Positions 1 through 9,103 of a stretch of 64,000 nt of DNA are shown one piece after another. The translations under genes and the position numbers were made by a program. Location of the stretch: assembly GCA_017541465.1 (NCBI GenBank), contig JAFXYZ010000039.1, forward strand, positions 5,580-69,579. The letters run 5' to 3'. The notes under the pieces are model-generated. The model was given only the letters and a program-made list of their open reading frames with translations. It had not been told where the DNA came from and did not search any database. The stretch is from a bacterium. Lineage in GTDB: Bacteria > Cyanobacteriota > Vampirovibrionia > Gastranaerophilales > Gastranaerophilaceae. Numbering within the stretch: the first letter of the stretch is position 1; each line of letters starts with the position of its first letter.

Positions 1-15
1 TCTTGTTTACAGTGC

Positions 16-843
16 TTATCTGCCGTTATAAACCCTCTGAACAAGTTCATAAATTCTGTTCTTCGGTTCATTAAATAAGCCCGTTATTATTTTCACACAG
101 TCTTTTGCGCTGAAATTCTGCGCTCTTAAAAGGTTGATTTTTTCGGTTAACTCGTTTTCGTCTGTCTGAGTGTATCCTTGCGCGAAAATCATTCCTACAA
201 TTTCGCCTTTTAAGGTGTTATTTTTGTAATAATCTATGATTTCGCTGACCGCACCGATTTTAATTTCTTCATAAACTTTGGTAAGCTCTCTCCCTATTGC
301 GATTTTCTTATCCTCCCCGAAGAAATTTCTGATGTTCTCTAAGGTTTCTAAAAGTCTGTTTGGTGAATCATAAAAGACGGTATTTATATATCTGTACTTT
401 TTAAAAACTTCAGACTGCTGATTTTGGGTTCTCGGAAGAAAGCCGAAAAAGGCAAATTCTTCTGTTTCTCTTTCTATTGCGCTTAAAAAAGTCGTAACGG
501 CGCAGGCGCCGGGCAAAGCAACAACTTTGAAACTGAGCGCGCGGAGTTCTTTTAACAAAACACTCCCCGGGTCAGATATAAGCGGAGTTCCCGCATCAGA
601 AACAAGGGCAACATCCTCACCTCTTTCCAAAACCCTGATTATTTCCGAACTTCTTTGTTTTTCATTAAATTTATGACAGTCAATTAATCTTGAATCGATT
701 TTATATTTATTAAGAAGTTTTTGTGTAACTCTCGTATCTTCGCAGGCAATCAGAGAAACACTTTTGAGTGTTGAGAGCGCTCTTAAAGTAATATCTTCAA
801 TATTGCCTATGGGTGTCGGAATAATATAGAGAGTTGATGCCAT
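16..843 (-). CDS. rsmI: 16S rRNA (cytidine1402-2'-O)-methyltransferase RsmI
   Basis: 275-aa ORF. The N-terminus 'LYIIPTPIGNIEDITLRAL..LIACEDTR' and the overall tetrapyrrole-methylase-like pattern are typical of RsmI. Confidence 0.85.
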   Translation of the reverse strand: MASTLYIIPTPIGNIEDITLRALSTLKSVSLIACEDTRVTQKLLNKYKIDSRLIDCHKFNEKQRSSEIIRVLERGEDVALVSDAGTPLISDPGSVLLKELRALSFKVVALPGACAVTTFLSAIERETEEFAFFGFLPRTQNQQSEVFKKYRYINTVFYDSPNRLLETLENIRNFFGEDKKIAIGRELTKVYEEIKIGAVSEIIDYYKNNTLKGEIVGMIFAQGYTQTDENELTEKINLLRAQNFSAKDCVKIITGLFNEPKNRIYELVQRVYNGR

Positions 844-855
844 AATAACCTGTTT

Positions 856-1125
856 TTATAGGGGAAATGTTGTTTTGCCGTCAATTGTTTTATAAAGTCC
901 AGTAACCTCTAAAACCTGCATAACGTTTGATGTTACGTTGTCGAGCCTGAGATTCTTCCTGTTTAAAACGGCTATCTTTTTGAGATTTAAAATAGTTGAA
1001 ATATCTTTTAAGCTGATTTTATCAATTTGGGAAAAATCGAGAGAAAGGTCATTTTCGCTGTTTAATACGAGATTATCAAGTCCTGATTTATCTTTGAAAA
1101 GTTTTGATGCTTCAATAACCTGCAT
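856..1125 (-). CDS. STAS-like (anti-sigma-factor-antagonist fold) small protein
   Basis: 89-aa ORF. 'LDFSQIDKISLKDISTILNLKK...NVMQVLEVTGL' resembles a STAS domain. Family-level call only; no partner kinase or phosphatase is adjacent. Confidence 0.45.
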   Translation of the reverse strand: MQVIEASKLFKDKSGLDNLVLNSENDLSLDFSQIDKISLKDISTILNLKKIAVLNRKNLRLDNVTSNVMQVLEVTGLYKTIDGKTTFPL

Positions 1126-1297
1126 CTGATGTCTCCCTATACAAATAAATGTATCAATTATTTGTTGCTTATTCTAAAATAATAGTATATATGGAGGAAA
1201 TTTGCAAGATTTTTTCTTACAAAAGATTAAAAATGTTGCACAAAAAGGGATGACAATGTTTAAATAGAATTATATTAATTAACAGGGAGGAGATTTA

Positions 1298-1780
1298 ATG
1301 AAAAAACTATTTGGAGCATTAGTTGTATCAATGGTGGTTATATCAATGTCGGGTATTGCACAGGCAGGAAATACAATGGTATTTGATCCTTCGGCTTATC
1401 CTGAAGTGCCCGAAGTTCCCGCAAAAACAGTTAAAGCTACCACTACATCTGCTAAAACAACTGCAACAACAACTGCTCAAAAGGAAACAAAGGGTATAAA
1501 AACCATTTTTACAAATAAAGATGAAGAAAAACCGATTAACCCTGCTCTTACACAAAAAGAAACCGAAAACTTCCAAAATGCACTTCTTCAGCTTGACAGT
1601 GCTCAGGTCGAAATCAGAAACACTCTGCTCGACAAGAAAACAAAGTACGCAGAAGTTGACAGCAACTACAAAATGGTTAAACAAGAGCGCGATGCTATGA
1701 AAAAAGAAGTCAAAGAATATGAAAAGCGCGTTAAGAGTATTGAAAAGGCTAAAGAAAAAATCAGAAAGAGCATGATTTAG
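1298..1780 (+). CDS. secreted coiled-coil protein, unknown function
   Basis: Strong RBS (gggaggag) lies upstream. Sec signal peptide 'MKKLFGALVVSMVVISMSGIAQA', a Thr/Ala-rich linker and a K/E-rich helical C-terminus. Followed by a terminator. Confidence 0.6.
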   Translation: MKKLFGALVVSMVVISMSGIAQAGNTMVFDPSAYPEVPEVPAKTVKATTTSAKTTATTTAQKETKGIKTIFTNKDEEKPINPALTQKETENFQNALLQLDSAQVEIRNTLLDKKTKYAEVDSNYKMVKQERDAMKKEVKEYEKRVKSIEKAKEKIRKSMI

Positions 1781-1806
1781 TCTTTCTATGGTATAAAAGA
1801 TTAAGA

Positions 1807-1830
1807 AGAGCCTCAAATCAGGCTCTTTTT
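1807..1830 (+). terminator. rho-independent terminator
   Basis: 7-bp stem agagcct/aggctct with loop caaatc, followed by a T-run. Confidence 0.6.
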
Positions 1831-1847
1831 AGTCTAAACGAGGATGT

Positions 1848-2954
1848 GTGAAGAGAAAAGAGTTTAAGAGAGTATTTATTTTTCTGTTTTCCCTCCTGAT
1901 ATTTTCAGGGGCTCAGTCTTTTGCGCTGACCGAGGTTGAACTGAAAAAAGAACCTCTCACTCTTCGCTCTGACCTGCCGAGAGTTGAGGGAACAACTATA
2001 TTTGTTGAGAAGGGGCTCGTTGATAAGGTTGATATACTCTTTTCTTTGTCTTCTTATAATGAAATGACCGTAGAAAGCGGAAAAGATTTTTCCGATAAGT
2101 TTAATTTTGGCTCAATTGCACCTGGGTTTGTTGTTCATTTTAAAGACAAAAAGACAAGAGCAGGGCTTCTTTTCAGCGTTGCGAGAAATTTTGAAAACAA
2201 CGACAACGATTTTTGGGAAAAGGTTGCAGGGCTCTATCTTGAACACGACCTTGCTCCGAATAACCACATTTCTGTCGGGAACAGGAAAAGACTTCCTGTT
2301 ACTTATGAAGGTATGCTGACCGCGAACCAGCATCCTTTTTTGGTTCGTTCCCAGATTGCAAGACGTTTTGGAAATGTTGAAAGTTTCGGGGTGCGAAATA
2401 CCGCTAATTATAAGTATCTTGATTATGATATAGGTTTCTATGACGGCAGCCGCTTTATGAATAAACTTTTTAACGGCACTGAGTTTATCGGAATGGTGCA
2501 GTTTAAACCGCTTGCGTATTTTAACGATAAATATGGCAGTCTGAAAATCGGCGGAAGCGTGGATACGGGAAACAGCGAAGGCTCATTTAATGTATTCAGT
2601 GCAAATGCGCTCTATCAATACAAAAAGCTCTATTTTGATTTTGAATATGCACACGCAAACGGTTATAACAGAGGTTTGCCTGTCTATTCGGATAAGTATG
2701 ACGGATTTTATACAACTCTCGGGTATAATATAACCGATAAATTGCAGGTTTTGGGGCGGTATGATTATCTCAAAAACCAATCGGGTGGCAAAGAGTCGAG
2801 GGAGTATTCGGCAGGCTTGACCTATTCTGTCCGTCCCGGGCTGAATCTTCTTGCTAACTACGTTTTTGTTGATTCTGACTATGAAAATAACTGTCAGCAC
2901 AAGATTTATCTCGGAACAAGGTTTGATTTGGGTGATTTTGTTAATAATTTATGA
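1848..2954 (+). CDS. putative outer-membrane beta-barrel (porin-like) protein
   Basis: GTG start 5 nt after gagga. Signal peptide '..FIFLFSLLIFSGAQSFA'. Alternating aromatic and polar beta-strand pattern, rich in Y/F/G/N/D, through to the C-terminus. Confidence 0.5.
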   Translation: MKRKEFKRVFIFLFSLLIFSGAQSFALTEVELKKEPLTLRSDLPRVEGTTIFVEKGLVDKVDILFSLSSYNEMTVESGKDFSDKFNFGSIAPGFVVHFKDKKTRAGLLFSVARNFENNDNDFWEKVAGLYLEHDLAPNNHISVGNRKRLPVTYEGMLTANQHPFLVRSQIARRFGNVESFGVRNTANYKYLDYDIGFYDGSRFMNKLFNGTEFIGMVQFKPLAYFNDKYGSLKIGGSVDTGNSEGSFNVFSANALYQYKKLYFDFEYAHANGYNRGLPVYSDKYDGFYTTLGYNITDKLQVLGRYDYLKNQSGGKESREYSAGLTYSVRPGLNLLANYVFVDSDYENNCQHKIYLGTRFDLGDFVNNL

Positions 2955-2963
2955 GGTTAAAAT

Positions 2964-3374
2964 ATGATTTTTAAAAATAATGAAAAGGTTTATTTTGCGG
3001 ACACTGATGCCTATGGTGTTGTTTGGCATGGCACATATCTGAGGTGGCTTGAGCAGGGAAGAACCTTGTTCTGCGACTCTATCGGCTGTCCTCTTGATGT
3101 TATGGCGAATGAGCATGACATTCATTTTCCCGTTGTTAATATAAATATTCACTACAGGGCCTCTGCAAAACTGTATGACGAGATAGTTGTTGAAACAAGG
3201 ATTGCTGAACTCACAAAACTCTATGTTGTTTTCGAACAGAAGGTTAAGGATAAGGAAACGGGCAAACTATTTGTTGAGGCAATAGTGAAGGCTGTCGCGG
3301 TGCATAAAACAGGCGAACTTTATAGGCGCTTCCCCGATATTGTCTATAATATTTTTAATAATCTAGATTTATAA
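2964..3374 (+). CDS. acyl-CoA thioesterase, YbgC/4HBT hot-dog family
   Basis: 'VYFADTDAYGVVWHGTYLRWLEQGR' is the catalytic-Asp N-terminal motif typical of YbgC-type thioesterases. Length is 136 aa. Confidence 0.75.
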   Translation: MIFKNNEKVYFADTDAYGVVWHGTYLRWLEQGRTLFCDSIGCPLDVMANEHDIHFPVVNINIHYRASAKLYDEIVVETRIAELTKLYVVFEQKVKDKETGKLFVEAIVKAVAVHKTGELYRRFPDIVYNIFNNLDL

Positions 3375-3945
3375 ATAACGATAAATCTTTAGAATTAATT
3401 ATTTCCTGAACCGAGTTGAAAAGGTTTTCAAGCTCTTCTTCGGAATACTCTTTGTCGTATTTCTTTGTGAGTTTTAATTCCGAGGTTAGTTTTGTTGAAG
3501 AAAAATGGTTATTCAGCTCTGTAAACTCTTTGTAGTCCTCAAAAATTTCTTTGTAAATTTCGGGGAGCTCCGCGTGAATACCTATATATTTTTTGACTTC
3601 CGAGCTGTAGCTTTTGAAATAATTCTCTATAAGATTATTTTGGGCATGGATGAACTGAATTTCTTCTTCATCAATATTTTGCATTGTGTTTCCTTCTATG
3701 GGTTGTGGCTCATTAAAATGGTTTTTCAAGTAAACCGCCCAGAGAATACAGCCCTTCCAAAACCCGACTGTCGATTTTAACGAGTTTTTGACAAGAGGGG
3801 CATTTACAAGATATAGTTTTTTCTTAACCGATTGCTTGGGGGTTGAAGTGAGCAGGTTTGAAAACTCTGTATAAACAGGGATAAAGTGGTTTAAAATCGG
3901 ATTGAACCCCGGATCAAACAGTGCTTTTTCTTTATTTATTTCCAT
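3355..3945 (-). CDS. hypothetical protein
   Basis: 196-aa ORF with no recognised motif. Its 3' end overlaps the convergent thioesterase gene by 20 nt. Confidence 0.45.
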   Translation of the reverse strand: MEINKEKALFDPGFNPILNHFIPVYTEFSNLLTSTPKQSVKKKLYLVNAPLVKNSLKSTVGFWKGCILWAVYLKNHFNEPQPIEGNTMQNIDEEEIQFIHAQNNLIENYFKSYSSEVKKYIGIHAELPEIYKEIFEDYKEFTELNNHFSSTKLTSELKLTKKYDKEYSEEELENLFNSVQEIINSKDLSLFINLDY

Positions 3946-4031
3946 ATAAAATCCTTTTTGATTTTATTATAGAACAAAAAAACAGACTCTATAAAGAGCC
4001 TGTTTTTTTGATGATAATCCTAAAATTTTTA

Positions 4032-4583
4032 TTATGCTTTTTGGGCTTTTTCAGCCTGTTTTGCTTTGTTTTTGAAGTGATTTACAACTGCAATGGTGAT
4101 ACCGATTGCTGCTGCAACGCCTGCTGCGATGGCTGTGTTTTTCTTGTTCCAGGTTCTAACGATTCTTTCGACACCATCAGAGCCTTTTTTAGTTGCAAAG
4201 ATTTTTTCGCCTTCTTCAGTGATTTCTTTAACAACAGGAGTTGCGAAGAAATCTTTAATCGGAGCCGGGATTAATTTAGCGAAAGCACCGCCGATTAATG
4301 TAACGGCACCTGTTGTTTTTGTTGCTGCGTTAGTAACGCTGTCAGTTGTTTTGTCTATGTTGTCAGCGAAGGCATCAACACTTTCGGAGAATTCTTCCGA
4401 TTTTTTTCTTATATCTTCTGCAGATAATTTTTTGGTTTTTTCTGCTTCTTTAGTTTCGCCTTTAATTTCAACAGTATCTTCTTCGGGTTCACCTCTGAAG
4501 GAAACGTTTTTTAGAGGGGTAGAAACTGCCGGGGTAGATGCCGGAGTGCTTTTCATTTCTTGTAATGATACAGGATTAATCAT
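4032..4583 (-). CDS. hypothetical protein, C-terminal membrane anchor
   Basis: 183 aa with no signal peptide. Acidic and Thr-rich N-terminal half and a single hydrophobic segment 'AIAAGVAAAIGITIAVV' near the C-terminus. Preferred over the antisense ORF 4093..4683. Confidence 0.5.
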   Translation of the reverse strand: MINPVSLQEMKSTPASTPAVSTPLKNVSFRGEPEEDTVEIKGETKEAEKTKKLSAEDIRKKSEEFSESVDAFADNIDKTTDSVTNAATKTTGAVTLIGGAFAKLIPAPIKDFFATPVVKEITEEGEKIFATKKGSDGVERIVRTWNKKNTAIAAGVAAAIGITIAVVNHFKNKAKQAEKAQKA

Positions 4584-4826
4584 CTTTTATACACCTTACT
4601 TTTTTATACCTTTTGCATATATATTAATGAATATAAATATTAAAAATTGCCTTTTTTTCACTTTTTGCCTTTACAAAATTTAACAAACTCCCATTTTTTG
4701 AGAAAAATTTGTCATTTTTTTGAAAAACACACAAAAAGAGGATGAAAAAATTTCATCTGTTAAGAGTATTAAACTATAGAAATGTAAAAAATGCAATATA
4801 TTAGTATAGAAATTTTAAGTATAAAC

Positions 4827-4854
4827 TTGAAAACGGAAGATTATGTGATAGAAT
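4827..4854 (+). promoter_or_regulatory. sigma70-like promoter (TTGAAA-16 nt-TGaTAGAAT)
   Basis: The -35 TTGAAA is at 4827-4832 and the extended -10 TGaTAGAAT ends at 4854. The predicted start near 4861 lies at the edge of the structured element. Confidence 0.4.
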
Positions 4855-4860
4855 AATTTT

Positions 4861-5043
4861 GTTGACAGCGAAAAACCGTACGAGTGAAACTCGGTTAGCG
4901 AGGTTGTAGTTGCAATCGGCAACTACAGAACCGAGCGAAAAGGTTTTTCAAGACGGCGAACGAATGGGCGGTTAGCGCAGATGACTCTGCCGAGTAAAAG
5001 CTACCCTGACGGGTAGGTTTTACGAGAGGAAGCATCACATTCT
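4861..5043 (+). ncRNA. candidate structured RNA / tRNA-proximal module R1 containing a partial tRNA-Val copy
   Basis: Nested three-helix rod at 4870-4949. An exact 18-nt copy of tRNA-Val nt 1-18 sits at 4966-4983. A 48-nt self-complementary insert follows at 4984-5031, with a core hairpin at 4994-5023 plus TTTT. A 10-nt copy of tRNA nt 24-33 sits at 5032-5041. Confidence 0.35.
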
Positions 5044-5093
5044 TTCAAAACACTTTGATTTGTAATATAATCAAGAGCGAGAAAACTAAATAA

Positions 5094-5169
5094 GGGCGGT
5101 TAGCGCAGATGGTAGCGCATCACATTGACATTGTGGAGGTCGTTGGTTCGAGTCCAATATCGCCCACCA
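5094..5169 (+). tRNA. tRNA-Val (anticodon GAC), CCA encoded
   Basis: Hand-folded cloverleaf: acceptor GGGCGGT/ATCGCCC, D stem GCGC/GCGC, anticodon stem TCACA/TGTGG, loop TTGACAT, T arm GTTGG-TTCGAGT-CCAAT. It ends in ACCA. A TATAAT box lies at 5066-5071 upstream. Confidence 0.93.
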
Positions 5170-5170
5170 T

Positions 5171-5209
5171 AAAACGAGAGATAGTAAATATTATCTCTCG
5201 TTTTATTTT
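5171..5209 (+). terminator. rho-independent terminator after tRNA-Val
   Basis: 13-bp perfect stem aaaacgagagata/tatctctcgtttt with an 8-nt loop and a T-rich tail. Confidence 0.75.
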
Positions 5210-5266
5210 GCTAAAAAATAATTATATATATCCGAAGATGATTTATTCCTGTTATATAATAACATT

Positions 5267-5551
5267 ATGAGTATTTATTTGATATTATTGATTTTATTAT
5301 TGACAGGGGGCGCTTTTATTCAGCCTCTTTTGAGTTTTATCTGCTTTCTTATAATTGCCGTGTTTTTTGTTTTCCTCTGGGAATACAGGGTATTTGTTTC
5401 TCTTGTTGCAATTTTTGTTTTTCTCTCAATTTTTCTTTTTCATAAACTTTTTGATTATCTGAAACATAAAGATGAAACAGACGAAGAAAGAAATGAAAGA
5501 ATTGAAAATCAGAAAATGATTAATGAATGGAAAGGCCGAAACCACTTTTGA
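5267..5551 (+). CDS. small membrane protein, unknown function
   Basis: 94 aa with three hydrophobic segments and a charged tail. There is no RBS. A TATAAT box at 5255-5260 lies only 6 nt before the ATG, so the mRNA may be leaderless. Confidence 0.4.
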   Translation: MSIYLILLILLLTGGAFIQPLLSFICFLIIAVFFVFLWEYRVFVSLVAIFVFLSIFLFHKLFDYLKHKDETDEERNERIENQKMINEWKGRNHF

Positions 5552-5584
5552 TTTTATGCTATTATAGGATAAAAGGAGTTTATT

Positions 5585-5800
5585 ATGGACGAAGGTACTT
5601 TAACTGCTATAACAATTATACTCGGGCTTATATTTACTCTTTGTATGCTGATTGTGGTTTGGTTTATTCCTGTTTTTTGTTCACGGGGAAATGAAAATGC
5701 CAATAAAATTCTTTGGCTGACAATTTTTTTAGGCTGGATACCTCTTGTTTGGCTTGTTTTGCTGATTGCTGCGCTTTTAGGAAGAAAGAAAAATTCCTAA
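5585..5800 (+). CDS. small two-TM protein resembling the superinfection-immunity (Imm-like) family
   Basis: Good RBS (aaggag). 'WFIPVFCSRGNENANKILWLTIFLGWIPLVWLVLLIAAL' matches the remembered pattern YF-P...R.H.N..I..N..LGW...GW of that family. Confidence 0.5.
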   Translation: MDEGTLTAITIILGLIFTLCMLIVVWFIPVFCSRGNENANKILWLTIFLGWIPLVWLVLLIAALLGRKKNS

Positions 5801-8094
5801 TCCATATCAACAGGTTCTTTAAGGATAGATTTTATTGCGCTTTTTGCCGTCATTTTGAGTTCATCAGATGCCGCAGATAGAAGTGTTAACTGTCTTAAAA
5901 TATCGACTGTGCGTTTAAAAGTTCGGACCAAATCACCTTCATTAACACCGCCTTGCGCAACTACATCTTCCCACGGAGTTTCAAGAATCCAGAGTTCTAT
6001 AAGGGGCGAATAGCAGGAGTTTAAATACATATCTTTTGTGATGTCGTAATCTCTCTGAAGAACAAAAATTCTTCTTCTTACATCTTTTATTCTGTTCAGT
6101 GCTGCTCTGACGTTTCTTGAAATCGGGAGTGAGGGCATATCAGCGTTGTTATTTTGCTCTTCCGTAACAAGTGCGCAGATGACAGAGGCGAGTTCGGAGG
6201 GCTGAAGTCCCTCTAAAATTTGGTCTTTTACGATTTCAGAGATATAAAGTTCATTTTCAAATCTTATTGTTGAACACATAATTCCGAGTTCTGTCGGAAC
6301 ATCGTTTTCGATATATCCGAGGCGCTCCAAGACATTTTTATGTGCTATAAATAAGTTCCAGTAATAGTCCTTTTGTTTGTCGAGCTCTTTGTTTATCTCT
6401 TTCAGACGTTTTTCGTATCTTTCAAGTAGTGCAAGCATTTTGTAGTGCTTGTGATAGCCCTTACATAAATCGCATTTGTATGACTTCATTTCGTTGTAGA
6501 GATTCTTTGACTGAAGTGCGTATTCCTCGACCTCTGGCGAGTGCTTTTGTCGTCTTTGTTTTGCCTGCTTATAGAGGGTTTTATAAAGCCGTCTTATCGC
6601 AACATACTTTTCTTTGACCTTATTAAATACGATTAAATCGTTTGTTGTCAGGTTAAACGGGCATCTGAAATTTCTTATTTCAGAAATATTTTTTTCGTGT
6701 TCTTCTTTTGAGGCAAGCAGAGGTTTAAGTCTGAAAGATGATGAGAAATACCCAAAACTCTTTAAAATTAACTCTTTTGCCTGCTCAACTTCCAGATTTT
6801 GAAGGAGGTTTAAAACCATTGAATACCCGGGGGAGAATTTGCTTTCTAATGGGTTAGAAGATGATTTTACAAGTGCTGCAACTTCTTCAGGTGACTGGTA
6901 CATCGTTCCCATTACAACGACATAGCCGACTTCGTCCATTCCCCTTCTGCCTGCCCTGCCTGACATTTGCAAAAATTCGTTCGCAGTAAGCATTCTGTGT
7001 CCCGAATCCGTGCGTTTGCTGACAGAGGTGATTACTGTTGTTCTTGCGGGCATGTTTATTCCTGCCGCGAGTGTTTCCGTTGCAAATACGACCTTAATTA
7101 AACCCTGCTGAAACAGTTTTTCGACCAAAACCTTCCAGGCCGGCAATAGCCCTGCGTGGTGAGAGGCAACGCCCTGAAGCAGAAAATCAATGTGTTTATT
7201 GTTCTCAAGAAAAGTGTTTTCTTTGATGTATTCATCTATAATTTCTTTTATTTTCCTCTGTTCATCGGGTGTTACAAGGTTCAAATACGAACATTTTTCC
7301 ATATATTCATCGCATTTCTTTCTTGAAAAAGTGAAAAATATGGCGGGGAGCATATCTCTTTCGTGCAATATAGAGACAACATCCCTGGTATAATTCTTTT
7401 GTTTCTTTTTGTTTGAGCTTCTGAACTCTCTTTTTTCAGGTCTTATTTTTTTATTCAAATATCCGTCTTTATTGAACATCGGCAAAATTTCGTAAGGACG
7501 GGAAGAATCAAAGTAAAAATGCCTCAGAGGAACGGGGCGGAAGTCTGTATAAACAAGCTCTGTTCCCGAGTGGACCGTATTTATCCAGTCGCAAAGCTCC
7601 TGAGAATTAGCGACAGTTGCGCTGAGCGCTATAATCTGTATATTATTCGGGCAGTATATTATGCTCTCTTCCCAGACCGTTCCTCTTTGTTCGTCGTTCA
7701 TATAGTGAACTTCATCAAGAACAACGTATTTTACATCGTTCATATTATCCTTAACAGAGCCGAAATTAGTGCAATAGAGCATATTTCGGAAAACCTCTGT
7801 TGTCATAACGACAATCGGGGCATCTCTGTTGATTGAAGAATCGCCTGTTAATAATCCTACATTTCCTTCGCCGTAACGTTTCCCAAAATCATAGAATTTC
7901 TGGTTTGAGAGGGCTTTCAGGGGGGTAGTGTAAAAAAGTCTTACGTTATCCTCAAGTGCTTTTTGAATGGCAAATTCAGCTATACAGGTTTTTCCTGCGC
8001 CTGTTGGGGCACAGACAACAACACTTTTCCCTGCGTTAATGCAGTCAAGCGCTTCTTTTTGAAAATCATCCAGTTCAAAATCAAATTTAAACAT
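5797..8094 (-). CDS. Ski2/HelY-like DEAD/DEAH-box (SF2) helicase
   Basis: Walker A 'CAPTGAGKT', 'VLDEVHYM', 'LSATV', 'HHAGL', 'QMSGRAGRRG', and a long helical C-terminal domain. The start overlaps the stop of the upstream gene (TAATG). Confidence 0.8.
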   Translation of the reverse strand: MFKFDFELDDFQKEALDCINAGKSVVVCAPTGAGKTCIAEFAIQKALEDNVRLFYTTPLKALSNQKFYDFGKRYGEGNVGLLTGDSSINRDAPIVVMTTEVFRNMLYCTNFGSVKDNMNDVKYVVLDEVHYMNDEQRGTVWEESIIYCPNNIQIIALSATVANSQELCDWINTVHSGTELVYTDFRPVPLRHFYFDSSRPYEILPMFNKDGYLNKKIRPEKREFRSSNKKKQKNYTRDVVSILHERDMLPAIFFTFSRKKCDEYMEKCSYLNLVTPDEQRKIKEIIDEYIKENTFLENNKHIDFLLQGVASHHAGLLPAWKVLVEKLFQQGLIKVVFATETLAAGINMPARTTVITSVSKRTDSGHRMLTANEFLQMSGRAGRRGMDEVGYVVVMGTMYQSPEEVAALVKSSSNPLESKFSPGYSMVLNLLQNLEVEQAKELILKSFGYFSSSFRLKPLLASKEEHEKNISEIRNFRCPFNLTTNDLIVFNKVKEKYVAIRRLYKTLYKQAKQRRQKHSPEVEEYALQSKNLYNEMKSYKCDLCKGYHKHYKMLALLERYEKRLKEINKELDKQKDYYWNLFIAHKNVLERLGYIENDVPTELGIMCSTIRFENELYISEIVKDQILEGLQPSELASVICALVTEEQNNNADMPSLPISRNVRAALNRIKDVRRRIFVLQRDYDITKDMYLNSCYSPLIELWILETPWEDVVAQGGVNEGDLVRTFKRTVDILRQLTLLSAASDELKMTAKSAIKSILKEPVDMD

Positions 8095-9092
8095 TAAGTT
8101 AAAACCCTGTATTCCGTTCCCGCGCCGACGACTGCTCTTTCAATGTTTTCAGTAACGATGTTGTTTGAGGCGATAATTGAATCTTTAATCGTTACTCCGT
8201 CATTGACTATAATGTTATCCCAGAGAATTGAGTTTTCTATTTTGACGTTTCTTCCGAAAATACAGTTCTTTCCGATTGAGCAACAGCCTGTAATTTCAGC
8301 ATCGTTAATCTCGGAAGCGCTGATATAATTATTCTCTATATCCCCGATGAGCTGGTGTGAGGTTGAAACTGCCCCCTTTAAAACATCATCGTTTGAGTTT
8401 TTATACTGACTGAGTGAACCGATGTCACTCCAGTAGCGGTTTGTTTTAAAGGTGTTTATTTTGTAGCCAGTTTCCATCAGGCGGGGAAAAACATCTTTTG
8501 CAAAGTCAAAGAAGGTGTTTGCAGGTATTATGTTAAAAATATCGTATTTAAAAATATAAATACCCGTATTTATCAGAGTGCTGAGAGCCTCTTCCTGTTT
8601 TGGTTTTTCCTGAAAATGTTTTACGAGATTATTCTCATCAGTAACGATAACACCGTATTTGGAAACTTCGGTTTTGTCTATCTCTTTTACGATAATGGTT
8701 ACAATAGCATCAGACTTTTTATGTGCTTCATAGGCTTCCTTTAGCTCAAAATCAGTGAGCCCATCCCCTGAGAGAACAAGAAAATCATCGTTTTTGTCAA
8801 AGAAGCTCTGGCATTTTTTCACTCCGCCCGCAGTTCCCGAAAGCACCTCTTCTTTTATGTAAGTAAAATTAATTCCGTATTTGTTTTTTTTAGAATACCT
8901 TTCTGTAATTTGCTCAGAGAGGTAATAAACATTTGCAATAACATCTTTTATCCCGTTATTTGAGAGATGTAAAAGGCTAAAATCCATAACAGGAACATTG
9001 CAAAGAGGTATCATCGGTTTTGGAACAGACAAAGTCAAAGGCTCGAGCCTTGTTCCTATCCCTGCTGACATTATCATCGCTTTTTTTAACAT
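8094..9092 (-). CDS. NDP-sugar pyrophosphorylase (sugar-1-phosphate nucleotidyltransferase)
   Basis: 'MSAGIGTRLEPLTLSVPKPMIPL' nucleotidyltransferase signature plus a hexapeptide-repeat-like C-terminus. Confidence 0.75.
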   Translation of the reverse strand: MLKKAMIMSAGIGTRLEPLTLSVPKPMIPLCNVPVMDFSLLHLSNNGIKDVIANVYYLSEQITERYSKKNKYGINFTYIKEEVLSGTAGGVKKCQSFFDKNDDFLVLSGDGLTDFELKEAYEAHKKSDAIVTIIVKEIDKTEVSKYGVIVTDENNLVKHFQEKPKQEEALSTLINTGIYIFKYDIFNIIPANTFFDFAKDVFPRLMETGYKINTFKTNRYWSDIGSLSQYKNSNDDVLKGAVSTSHQLIGDIENNYISASEINDAEITGCCSIGKNCIFGRNVKIENSILWDNIIVNDGVTIKDSIIASNNIVTENIERAVVGAGTEYRVLT

Positions 9093-9103
9093 TTTAACCC
9101 CTG

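Noticed and set aside
4093-4683. 196-aa plus-strand ORF antisense to 4032..4583, and likewise 1343..1816 antisense to 1298..1780.
   Set aside because: The translations are low-complexity and hydrophobic and lack an RBS. The opposite-strand genes have an RBS, sensible protein features and terminators.
4861-5043. Considered whether R1 or R2 is RNase P RNA, tmRNA, SRP RNA or 6S RNA.
   Set aside because: The remembered universal cores are absent. These are GAAAGUCCGGGC-type for RNase P, GGAAGCAGCC-type for SRP domain IV, a tRNA-like 3' end plus tag ORF for tmRNA, and an end-to-end rod with a central bubble for 6S. A covariance-model search is still needed.
5170-8100. Prophage or genomic island integrated at tRNA-Val.
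   Set aside because: There is no integrase, no phage genes, and no direct repeat of the tRNA 3' end downstream. Only two tiny membrane ORFs lie before a conserved helicase.
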